Below, piece after piece: positions 9,638 to 17,918 of a DNA stretch of 64,000 bases. Each line of letters starts with the position of its first letter. The stretch's first letter is position 1. The position numbers and the translations under genes were made by a program. The notes below the pieces were generated by a model. The model was not told the DNA's origin, made no database searches, and saw only the letters and a program-made list of their open reading frames with translations. Origin of the DNA: Blastocatellia bacterium (GTDB lineage: Bacteria; Acidobacteriota; Blastocatellia; RBC074); contig DASRDU010000083.1 of assembly GCA_035652435.1 (NCBI GenBank), positions 3,402 through 67,401 of the forward strand, read 5' to 3'.

Positions 9638-10789
9638 ATGGTAGTTCCTTCAAACAGTGCCGCCGCCCGGGAAGCTGAAAAGGTCACCCCCTTTTTACGG
9701 GACCGCCTTGAGCGCCAGTCGGCACAGCCGCCCAGGCCGACGCCGCAACTGGTGGAAGCCGCGCCGGGCCTGGCGCTGCCGACGCTCGCCACGCCCGGCG
9801 ACATCCGCGAACTGGTCAGATACCTGAGAAAAAAGCCCGCCGGAGTAACCATCGTCGAGGCGATGGATGCTACCAGAAAAAAGACCCTGCACCCGGGCAA
9901 AATCCCGGCCTATGAATTCCTGGGTCTGGTCGAGCGCGAGGGGGACAGGCTCAGGCTGAGCCCCCAGGGCTGGGACTTCGCCGGGAAGCTGCAACCCGAA
10001 GCCCGGGCGTTTCGCGACGTGATCACCCTCTCGGCCCCGTACCGGTCGCTGCTCGAATGGATTCACGGCCAGCAGCTCGATCTGGTCACGCAGACGGATG
10101 TGGCCGCTTACTGGCAGAAACACCACGCCGGCGAGCATGGCCTCGGGAATGAAAAGACCGTCACCGCCAGCATCGTCTGTTTCTTTCATCTCTGCCAGGC
10201 CGCCGAACTCGGCGCGATGACCATCGGCAAACGGGGACAGCCCGCCCGCCTGAAGGTTGATCGCGAAGAGCTGGCGGCCTGTCTGCTTTCGCGAGAGACC
10301 ACAGACGACGCGACATCACCGGCCGTCAAATCTTCCCTCCCGGCTCCGGTCACGGCGGCCTCAGAAAAACCGCGCGTCCTCATCTCATGCCGGAAAGAGG
10401 CCGGGATCATTGACCAGATCAGAATGGCCCTGGAAGTGGCCGACATCGAAAGCGAGGTCAGCGAAAGAAGTGAGGACGGTTTGCTGCCGATCTCGGAAAA
10501 AACATTTCAAGCCATGCGCCGCTGTCAGGCGGCCATCATCGTCATGACCGAAGATGATTGCCGCGCGGAAGGTGATTCTACCTTGAGCCGGCGCCTGCTC
10601 GTGGAAATCAGCTCTGCGTTCGTCCTCTACAACCGCCAGATTGTGCTGCTCCACGACGCGCGACTCCCCGCGCCGGACGGACCTGGCGAGTTCTGCCAGT
10701 GCGATTTCAGCGGCGGCGAACTGAGCTGGGCCGCCGGCATGCGACTGGTCAGGGCGGTCAGAAACTTCAGGAGAGAATCTCTCAGATGA
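9638..10789 (+). CDS. hypothetical protein: low-complexity N-terminus, central winged-helix-like domain, C-terminal TIR-like (flavodoxin-fold) domain
   Basis: C-terminal 140 aa: RVLISCRKEAG..., AAIIVMTEDDCRAEGDSTLSRRLLVEISSAF. These resemble TIR beta-A (vFISYr) and the (S)xivvlSxxYaxSxWCLdELveI alpha-C motif. TIR assignment is by eye only. Confidence 0.6.
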   Translation: MVVPSNSAAAREAEKVTPFLRDRLERQSAQPPRPTPQLVEAAPGLALPTLATPGDIRELVRYLRKKPAGVTIVEAMDATRKKTLHPGKIPAYEFLGLVEREGDRLRLSPQGWDFAGKLQPEARAFRDVITLSAPYRSLLEWIHGQQLDLVTQTDVAAYWQKHHAGEHGLGNEKTVTASIVCFFHLCQAAELGAMTIGKRGQPARLKVDREELAACLLSRETTDDATSPAVKSSLPAPVTAASEKPRVLISCRKEAGIIDQIRMALEVADIESEVSERSEDGLLPISEKTFQAMRRCQAAIIVMTEDDCRAEGDSTLSRRLLVEISSAFVLYNRQIVLLHDARLPAPDGPGEFCQCDFSGGELSWAAGMRLVRAVRNFRRESLR

Positions 10790-11445
10790 AATACGTAGTC
10801 CGACTCCTCGTGACCACGGTGGCCCTGCTGATTCTGCTGATTGCCGCCGAAACCGTCTCGGCCCGGTCCAAAGCTTATGCTGGGAAAGATGCAGGCACTG
10901 ACGATCAAAACAAGGACCGGGCCGGCGCGGGGCGCAAGCGAGTCAATGAACGCGCCCGGCACGGGCGGGGTTATTCGCCGCCCGCTCCGGGCAGGCAAAC
11001 ACGAGGCAATGCCAAACCATGCAGTCAGCCCGATTACCGGCAGTTCGATTTCTGGCTCGGCGAATGGGAAGTGAAGGCGGGCGGCCAGCCCGCCGGGACC
11101 AACAGCGTGCAGCTTGTTTCGGGGAGTTGCGCGCTGCTCGAAAACTGGACCGGCAGGGGCGGGGGAGACGGCAAGAGCCTGAATTTCTACAACGCCGCCA
11201 CCGGCAAATGGCATCAGGTCTGGGTCGGCAGTGGCGGCGGCGTGCTTGAACTGGCCGGGGAGTATAAAGACGGCGCCATGCGGCTGGCCGGTGAGACCCG
11301 CAAAAAAGACGGCGGCCGGCGGCTCGAGCGGCTGACGTTTTTCAATCTCTCGTCGGATCACGTTCGCCAGTTGTGGGAACAATCGGCCGACGAGGGTAAA
11401 ACGTGGTCCGTCGCCTTCGACGGCGATTACATCAGGAAGAAGTAA
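10786..11445 (+). CDS. secreted hypothetical protein (DUF1579-like FDFWLGEWE motif)
   Basis: ATG overlaps the previous stop (ATGA); signal peptide MKYVVRLLVTTVALLILLIAAETVSA; motif RQFDFWLGEWEV. Confidence 0.6.
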   Translation: MKYVVRLLVTTVALLILLIAAETVSARSKAYAGKDAGTDDQNKDRAGAGRKRVNERARHGRGYSPPAPGRQTRGNAKPCSQPDYRQFDFWLGEWEVKAGGQPAGTNSVQLVSGSCALLENWTGRGGGDGKSLNFYNAATGKWHQVWVGSGGGVLELAGEYKDGAMRLAGETRKKDGGRRLERLTFFNLSSDHVRQLWEQSADEGKTWSVAFDGDYIRKK

Positions 11446-11452
11446 GGAAGTC

Positions 11453-12463
11453 ATGAACGATGAGGCTGTAGTCGGTAATCTGGCGATGGATAGTTTACAG
11501 GTGCGCCCGGCGCTGCCTCTGATGAGGTCGCCGCAGACACTTGCGCTGACGAATTACGAATGCTTCATCGGCCCGAGCGCCCACGTTTCCGAACTGAGAC
11601 AATTCATCAGCGCCCACGCGATGCACCAGCAGTCGGTCCTGCTGATCGGCGAGCGCGGGCTCAGGCAGGAGCAGGTCGCGCGGGCGCTGCATCAGGCCAG
11701 CAAACAATGGGAAGCGCCATTCATTTCGGTCAACGTTCATGGCCTGCACGTGGAGGCGCTGCACGAGCTTCTCTTCGGCCCGCGCGGTCTGATCGAGACC
11801 TGCCAACGGGGCGTCATCTATATCAACGAGCTGGCCGGCCTGCCGCCGCTGCTGCAACAGCGTTTCGCCGTCTACCTGGAGGAACAGCGCTGGCAGGGGC
11901 GGCCACAATCCACGGGTCAGCCGCGCCTGATCTTTGCGACCGGATTCAACCCGTCAGCCCTGTGCGCCGAAAACCGCATCGCCTACGGCCTGATCGAACT
12001 GCTGCGCCCCTGGAGCTTCACCCTGAAGCCACTGCGCGAGCGCAGCGAAGATATTCCATACCTCGCCACACATCTGGTCGAGCGCATCGTCCGCCGCGCG
12101 CACAAGGGGGATCACGAGATCACGCCGGCGGCCATGCAGATGCTCGCGGAGTATTCGTGGGAAGGGAACATTGATGAGCTGGAGGCGGTGCTGGAGAGCG
12201 CCATCAGCCGGACGCGGCCCCGCGAGGTTGATCCCGAACTCCTGCCCGCGCGCATCCGCCGCGCCACGCTCCAGGCAATACCCACGGAAGGAATTGACCT
12301 GCCGCACCTGGTGGATGAGTTCGAGCGCGAGCTGATCGAAACCGCGCTGCGCCAGACCGGCGGTCATCAGGTCAAAGCCGCGAAGTTGCTGGGACTGCGC
12401 GTCCAGACGCTCAATATGAAACTCAAGCGACTGGGCGCGCAGAAAAAACAAAGCTCCGGCTGA
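11453..12463 (+). CDS. sigma-54 interaction domain protein with Fis-type HTH; ATPase and GAFTGA motifs degenerate
   Basis: AAGGAAG SD. Domain begins at residue 35 (FIGPSAHVSELRQFI), so no N-terminal sensory domain. Walker A is GERGLRQE instead of GESGTGKE; GAFTGA replaced by GLIETC; Walker B is RGVIYINEL (D to N). C-terminal ...QVKAAKLLGLRVQTLNMKLKRL HTH. Confidence 0.8.
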   Translation: MNDEAVVGNLAMDSLQVRPALPLMRSPQTLALTNYECFIGPSAHVSELRQFISAHAMHQQSVLLIGERGLRQEQVARALHQASKQWEAPFISVNVHGLHVEALHELLFGPRGLIETCQRGVIYINELAGLPPLLQQRFAVYLEEQRWQGRPQSTGQPRLIFATGFNPSALCAENRIAYGLIELLRPWSFTLKPLRERSEDIPYLATHLVERIVRRAHKGDHEITPAAMQMLAEYSWEGNIDELEAVLESAISRTRPREVDPELLPARIRRATLQAIPTEGIDLPHLVDEFERELIETALRQTGGHQVKAAKLLGLRVQTLNMKLKRLGAQKKQSSG

Positions 12464-12480
12464 GCCCACAGGCATTCCGG

Positions 12481-15114
12481 TCAGCCGCCCTGCGATTCCA
12501 TCAGCAGCACCGCCGCGCGCGCCGCGAGCCTGACGTAATCAGATGGATCATCATTCGCCAGCAGTTCGAGTCTGGCTAGCGCGGCTTCGGCGCGCAAAGT
12601 CCCCAAGGCCCGCACGGCGGCGCGCCGCACCGCCGGCCTTTCATCATCAAGCAGCCCCATCAGATCGGGCACCGCGCCCGCGACGCCGAACCGCCCCACC
12701 CCTTCGCAGATCACCGGCAGCAGGTTGCCGTTCGTAGTTTCGCCGAGCAGCCTGCCAAGCACACCTGCCGCTTCGCGGAGTCCGAGCTGACTGACCGCCT
12801 GAAGCACGATCATCAGTTCGGCGTGTTCCAGCGCCGCGTGATTTTCGAGCGCCGCGAGCAGAGACTGCCGATCAGGCTCATCGCCCCGCTGCCGCCACAT
12901 CTCGATTTGCAGTCGCAACCCGGCCGGCAGCGCAGGCGGCTCTTCATCGGCTTCCGCCACGCTCATTCCCTCAGTCCCCGCCGACTCAATTTCCGCGGGG
13001 AGGCTGCGCACGATCTCCAGCAGCTCTTCGCCGTAGCTTTCGATTTTGTTCGGGCCGATGCCCTTGATGATTTGCAGTTCGGCGAGCGTGCGGGGCCGCC
13101 TTTGCGCGATCTCTTCCAGCACGCCGTTGTGCAGGACGAGGAAAGCTGAAACGTTCTGCGCGGCGGCCTTTTCGCGCCGCCACTGCTTCAGACGGTCGGC
13201 GAGCAGCCCGACGCCAGCCCCGTTGGTCGGCGGACGCGCAGGCAGCTCTTCATCGTCGGTGCGGTGTCCCGCCGCTTCGTCCGCCGCAACTTTCTTCACT
13301 CTCAACTCACCCGCATCCGAACTCACAGCCCTGTTCGCAAATCCCGAGAGCGGCAGCAGCTCACCAGCCCCAAGCGCGCGCCGGCCTTCCGGCGTGATGC
13401 GGAGGCGCGGATATTCTTCTGCCGTCACCATCAGTAATTGCCGCGCCACCAGTTCATCCATCCAGGCAATCACCTGATCGCGGCTGCTCAGCCTGAGCGC
13501 GCCGTAATTTTTCGCCTGCTCCAGCTTCAGCTCCGTGATGCGCTTGCGGCGGCTGCCCGCCAGCACGTCGGCGATCATCAGACGACCCATCCGCCCGCCG
13601 AAATCAGCCGCCGTCTGTAGAATAATTCGCGCCACCCGGTCTGACGCTTCAGTCCCCACTGCCAGTTCAGTGGCATTTGCATCCGACGGCGAAACGGCCA
13701 CCGTGCAGACGTCACAGGCCCCGCAGGGCGCCGCAAACTGCTGGCCGAAGTAATGCAGGATCTGCGCCCGTCGGCAGCGCGGGCTGGCGGCGTATTCGAT
13801 CATCTTCTTCAGCCGCTCGCCGACGCGGTTGCGGCGCTCAGTCAGCGGGCGCGTGTCAATCCGCGGCTCCGATTCGCGGGCCAGCGCGTATTTCCCGTCC
13901 GGCATAATCGCGACCCACCCCTGTTCGTAGAGCAGTTGCAGCGCCGCGTTGATCGAAATCTCGGGCAGTTCGCAGGCCGTCACCACGTCGCCCGGCGCGA
14001 CGGGCAGCGGGTGCGCCTGCCGCAGCACGTCCCAGACGCGGAAGATGACTCTGACTTCGGGGTAAGAGTTGTCAATGAAGAAGCGCTGGATGCGGACGTC
14101 GGGCTGCGAATAGAGCAGCGTGCAGGTCGCCGGCTTCTCATCGCGACCGGCGCGGCCCGCTTCCTGATAATAGCCTTCCAGCGAGCCGGGGATGTTGTAA
14201 TGGATCACACGCCGCACGTCAGGTTTGTCTATGCCCATGCCGAACGCGACGGTGGCGACAATGACCCGGTGATTGCCCTGCTGAAAGTCACGCTGCGCCT
14301 GCACGCGCTCTTCAGCCCCAAGTCCGGCGTGATAGAGGCACACGTCGAAGCCGCGGCCCTCAAGCAACTGATAAACGTAAACCGCCTCCTTGCGCGTGCT
14401 GGCGTAAACAATCGCCGAGCCGCCCTCGTCGCGCGCGAGCAGTTCGAGGAGCCGCGCGTCCTTCTCCTCGCGCTTGTCGGCCCGGACGGTCTCGAAATAG
14501 AGATTGGGCCGGTTGAAATCCGCAATCACACGCTCCATCTGCGGCAATGCGAGCGAGGCGATGATGTCGTTCTGGACGTCGGTGGTCGCCGTGGCGGTCA
14601 CGGCCAGAAATGTCGCGCGGCGCAACTCGGGCAGCCGCTTGAGCAGCGTACGGTAATGCGGGCGGAAGTCATGTCCCCACTGGCTGATGCAGTGCGCCTC
14701 GTCAATGACGAACAGGTCAACCGCCGCCTGCCTGACCAGCTGCTGAAAGCGCGGCGAGTCGCAGCGCTCGGGCGCGACGTAAACCAGCTTGTATTCGCCG
14801 CGTTCGATTTCGGAATAACGCGTGCCGATCTCGGCCGGAGTGAGCGTGCTGCTCAGGTAAGTGACGTTGTAAAACCCGCGCCGCCTGAGCGCGTCAACCT
14901 GATCCTGCATGAGCGCGATCAGCGGCGAGACGACGAGCGTCACGCCGGGCAGCATCTGCGCCGTCAGCTGGTAGCAGAGCGATTTGCCCCGGCCCGTCGG
15001 CAGCACGGCGAGCGTGTGCCGCCGCGCGAGGACGTGTTCGATCACTTCACGCTGGCCGGGGCGGAATTTTTCAAAGCCGAAATATTTGTGGAGCGCCTGC
15101 TCTAAATCATCCAT
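12481..15114 (-). CDS. recQ: RecQ-family ATP-dependent DNA helicase with HRDC domain and C-terminal HEAT repeats (877 aa)
   Basis: N-terminus FGFEKFRPGQREVIEHVL, LAVLPTGRGKSLCYQL, DEAH box VIDEAHCISQWGHDFRPHY, Zn-binding/RQC Cys cluster (CRRAQILHYFG...CGACDVC), HRDC (LKQWRREKAAAQNVSAFLVLHNGVLEEIA), C-terminal AVRRAAVRALGTL HEAT-like repeats. Confidence 0.9.
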   Translation of the reverse strand: MDDLEQALHKYFGFEKFRPGQREVIEHVLARRHTLAVLPTGRGKSLCYQLTAQMLPGVTLVVSPLIALMQDQVDALRRRGFYNVTYLSSTLTPAEIGTRYSEIERGEYKLVYVAPERCDSPRFQQLVRQAAVDLFVIDEAHCISQWGHDFRPHYRTLLKRLPELRRATFLAVTATATTDVQNDIIASLALPQMERVIADFNRPNLYFETVRADKREEKDARLLELLARDEGGSAIVYASTRKEAVYVYQLLEGRGFDVCLYHAGLGAEERVQAQRDFQQGNHRVIVATVAFGMGIDKPDVRRVIHYNIPGSLEGYYQEAGRAGRDEKPATCTLLYSQPDVRIQRFFIDNSYPEVRVIFRVWDVLRQAHPLPVAPGDVVTACELPEISINAALQLLYEQGWVAIMPDGKYALARESEPRIDTRPLTERRNRVGERLKKMIEYAASPRCRRAQILHYFGQQFAAPCGACDVCTVAVSPSDANATELAVGTEASDRVARIILQTAADFGGRMGRLMIADVLAGSRRKRITELKLEQAKNYGALRLSSRDQVIAWMDELVARQLLMVTAEEYPRLRITPEGRRALGAGELLPLSGFANRAVSSDAGELRVKKVAADEAAGHRTDDEELPARPPTNGAGVGLLADRLKQWRREKAAAQNVSAFLVLHNGVLEEIAQRRPRTLAELQIIKGIGPNKIESYGEELLEIVRSLPAEIESAGTEGMSVAEADEEPPALPAGLRLQIEMWRQRGDEPDRQSLLAALENHAALEHAELMIVLQAVSQLGLREAAGVLGRLLGETTNGNLLPVICEGVGRFGVAGAVPDLMGLLDDERPAVRRAAVRALGTLRAEAALARLELLANDDPSDYVRLAARAAVLLMESQGG

Positions 15115-15848
15115 CAGAGTTTTGCGTAATCAACGGCGACCTCGATCTCCGGGATCGAATGCACGCCGACCAGAATCAGCCAGTGCCGGTCGCGGAAGAG
15201 GCGCGAGAGCCCGACCGCCAGATAAGTCGCCCGCTTGCCGTGCCGCCGGAAATCCTCTTCGTTGAGCGTATTCGCTGCGCCGCCCGATTTTTCGAGCAGC
15301 CGGCGCCCGAGGGCGCGCATCCGCAGGTCAGTGCAACCGATGTCGTGAACCTGCTGCCCAGCCACAGCAAACGAGGCACGCACCGTCACGTCATCCCCGG
15401 TTTTATTCTGACTGAAAGTGAAGGAGAAGCTTTCAGGCAGAAACAGCCCGAGCGAGTGGTGGCCGTTCGGTTGCAGCAGTTCCAGATCGGTGCGCGCGTA
15501 AGCCGCGAGAAATTTTTCCTGCTCCTCTTCCGAAAGCCTGCGCAGCAGCTGCGGCTTGCGGCGCGTGTCAATCACCCAGTCTTCAGTGTGCGGCGGCTCC
15601 GGGTCGTGTTTCGTCAGCCAGAACCGCGTCACCCCGAGGTTGAGAAGATGCGATTGCCCGCCGTGAAAGAAATCCACCGGCAGCAGGCAGTGGTCGGTGA
15701 TCGCGTCGTGATTCCAGGGCCGCGCCACTGCCGCCCGCACCGGGCGCACCCAGTGGCTCGTGCCGTCAATGCCGGCGGTGCAGACGCCGCCATGCATCTT
15801 TGTCACCGCCAGAATGGTCAGGTCTTTGACGACAGGCCGAACGATCAT
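15114..15848 (-). CDS. hypothetical protein (245 aa), translationally coupled to recQ
   Basis: AAGGTGA SD then ATG (MIVRPVVKDLTILAVTKMHGG...). Its TGA overlaps the recQ ATG (TGATG). No domain recognised. Confidence 0.6.
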   Translation of the reverse strand: MIVRPVVKDLTILAVTKMHGGVCTAGIDGTSHWVRPVRAAVARPWNHDAITDHCLLPVDFFHGGQSHLLNLGVTRFWLTKHDPEPPHTEDWVIDTRRKPQLLRRLSEEEQEKFLAAYARTDLELLQPNGHHSLGLFLPESFSFTFSQNKTGDDVTVRASFAVAGQQVHDIGCTDLRMRALGRRLLEKSGGAANTLNEEDFRRHGKRATYLAVGLSRLFRDRHWLILVGVHSIPEIEVAVDYAKL

Positions 15849-15861
15849 CACGTCACCTTCT

Positions 15862-16293
15862 TTAGAGGTGTCTGATTTCAACCCCGGGTGAAAGATCGGC
15901 GAGATATTCCGCCACCAGCCGGCGGTGACATTTGTCCGCCGTCGGCTCGGCGCAAAGCAGACAGATATTTTCCTGACCGAGCAGCGCGCGCGCCCCGGTC
16001 TCAAGCCGGCGACCGGCGAGCAGCCGCCTGAATTCATCCTCATACCGCGGCCAGTCGCGATGTTGCTTGTAACCGTCGAGCATCTCGCCCGTCGGCGCGA
16101 ACTCGGGATGATGCTCGTAGCGAATGCCGAAGCCTTCTTCGAGCAGGTAAGCGAAGTCGGGAGACTTGCTCCAGCCCGCCAGCTGCGAGGTGTTTCTCAG
16201 CCGCGTGTCAATCACCGCGCGCACGCCCGCGCCGCGCAGTATCTCGATGAACTCGCGCAGACTCTTCTTTGTGAAGCCGATGGTGAAGATCAT
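15862..16293 (-). CDS. DUF488 family protein (YeaO-like)
   Basis: MIFTIGFTKKSLREFIEILRGAGVRAVIDTR...LLCAEPTADKCHRRLVAEYL: typical DUF488 start (M-I/L-x-T-I-G-H/F-S) and C-terminal CxExxxxxCHR motif. Confidence 0.7.
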   Translation of the reverse strand: MIFTIGFTKKSLREFIEILRGAGVRAVIDTRLRNTSQLAGWSKSPDFAYLLEEGFGIRYEHHPEFAPTGEMLDGYKQHRDWPRYEDEFRRLLAGRRLETGARALLGQENICLLCAEPTADKCHRRLVAEYLADLSPGVEIRHL

Positions 16294-16306
16294 CGCAGGT
16301 GTCCCT

Positions 16307-16798
16307 TCAAAATAGGCTCGGCTGCGCGGGCTCGAATTCCCCCTTCGTCGAGCCCGCCAGTTCGCCGGAATGCGTGATGTGTTGCACCTCGACCCCCCGA
16401 TTGACGAGCGTGCGCGTGATCAGGTGATAACGATGACAGTGATGAAAATCAGCCTCGCTGCACATAAACGCCGTGCGGGAAGCCACGCCGAGTTCGATCA
16501 GGCTCTCAATGCCTGACAGGTAAGCGGGCGCGGTCGCTAACAAGTCATAATCTACTTTACCGCTCGGCAGGTAATACTCGCTGCCCTCCGGCCGCCCGCC
16601 GATGCGATCACCCATAAACACATAATTGATTCCGGCCTCATTGAGCGCGGCGCGCAACGCCTCGCGGCTGAACTGCGGCGAGTAGCGGCTGTAAGGCTGG
16701 CTGCGCGTGTCCACGAGCCGCTTGATGCCGTGCCGGCGGAGCAGACCGAGAAAAGTTTCGATCTCAACGTTGCTGTGGCCGATGCTGTACAGGGTCAT
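16307..16798 (-). CDS. DUF488 family protein (tandem paralog)
   Basis: MTLYSIGHSNVEIETFLGLLRRHGIKRLVDTRS...FMCSEADFHHCHRYHL. Confidence 0.7.
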   Translation of the reverse strand: MTLYSIGHSNVEIETFLGLLRRHGIKRLVDTRSQPYSRYSPQFSREALRAALNEAGINYVFMGDRIGGRPEGSEYYLPSGKVDYDLLATAPAYLSGIESLIELGVASRTAFMCSEADFHHCHRYHLITRTLVNRGVEVQHITHSGELAGSTKGEFEPAQPSLF

Positions 16799-16847
16799 GG
16801 CGAGGCTGAATTATATCAGACTGACGCGCCGAAGGGGGATGAGCGCT

Positions 16848-17918
16848 TCATCTTTCCTGAAGCTCAACACCAGAAGTATTCTCGCCCAGCAGATGAAAGG
16901 CCAGTGCGGTGAGGAAAACGAACAGCGCGGGAGTCAGCATCCACAGGTAATTTTTCAGCACCGAAATTTCACTCGCGTCGGCGAGCAGCGTGCCCCAGCT
17001 CGCGCTCGGCTCCTGCACGCCAACGCCAAGGTATGAGAGCGCGATTTCGGCCAGGATGAATGAGGGCGCGCTGATCGCGAACTGCGTGAGCAGCGGCGTA
17101 CTGACGTTCGGCAGGATGTGGCGAGTGACGATCCGTGAATCGCGCGCGCCGCTCGAAATCGCGGCGGCCACGTAATCGCGCTGCCTTTCGGCCGCGACCA
17201 GCCCGCGCGCGAGCCGCGCCACTTCGGCCCACCCGACGACTGCGAAGATGACGAGCATCATCATCGCGACCTGCAGTGGGGTCACGCTCAGCGGGAACGC
17301 GGCGCGCAGGGCCAGAATCAGCAGCAGCGACGGCAGCGACATCATCACGTCCGCCGCGCGCATCAGCAGCGCGTCAATCGCGCCGCCGTAATAACCGGCC
17401 GCCGCGCCCAGGGCCACGCCGATCAGGTAAGCGACGAGCAGGCCGAGCGGGCCGACGAGGAGCGAGACCTGCCCGCCGTAAAGCATCCGCGCCAGCAGGT
17501 CGCGCCCCAGCCCGTCGGTGCCGAGCAGGTGCAGGCGCGGAGCGGACGCGCCGCCCTCGACCCCGAGCAGGTGCAGAGTCGAAGTGAACAGCCCGAACAG
17601 TTCATAGTCCTCGCCGCGCGCGAAAAATTGCACCGGGTAGCGTTGCGAGCGGTCTTCGTCGTAACCGAAGTTGAGCGGGTCAATCAGCTTTGGCCTGTAA
17701 ATGAAGGGTCGCAGGTGAAAGCCGCCCTGCTCGTCAATAAAGTGAATCCTCACGGGCGGCACGAACGGCGTCTGCCGCGACTGCGCGCGAAAGTTGTAAG
17801 GCGCGATGAACCCGCCGAGCAGCGAGAAGAGATAAAAGACGACCAGCAGCGCCAGCCCGACACGCCGTGAAGAAAAATGAAGCCCCTTTTTTCCGGCTTC
17901 CGACTTTCGCGCTTTCAT
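16848..17918 (-). CDS. ABC transporter permease, DppC/OppC family
   Basis: Multi-TM; binding-protein-dependent transport signature region (AAISSGARDSRIVTRHILPNVSTPLLTQ). ATG overlaps the DppB-like stop (TGATG). Confidence 0.85.
   Translation of the reverse strand: MKARKSEAGKKGLHFSSRRVGLALLVVFYLFSLLGGFIAPYNFRAQSRQTPFVPPVRIHFIDEQGGFHLRPFIYRPKLIDPLNFGYDEDRSQRYPVQFFARGEDYELFGLFTSTLHLLGVEGGASAPRLHLLGTDGLGRDLLARMLYGGQVSLLVGPLGLLVAYLIGVALGAAAGYYGGAIDALLMRAADVMMSLPSLLLILALRAAFPLSVTPLQVAMMMLVIFAVVGWAEVARLARGLVAAERQRDYVAAAISSGARDSRIVTRHILPNVSTPLLTQFAISAPSFILAEIALSYLGVGVQEPSASWGTLLADASEISVLKNYLWMLTPALFVFLTALAFHLLGENTSGVELQER

Noticed and set aside
13753-15105. 450-aa plus-strand ORF antisense to recQ
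   Set aside because: Arg/Ala-rich shadow ORF. recQ motifs on the other strand are complete.
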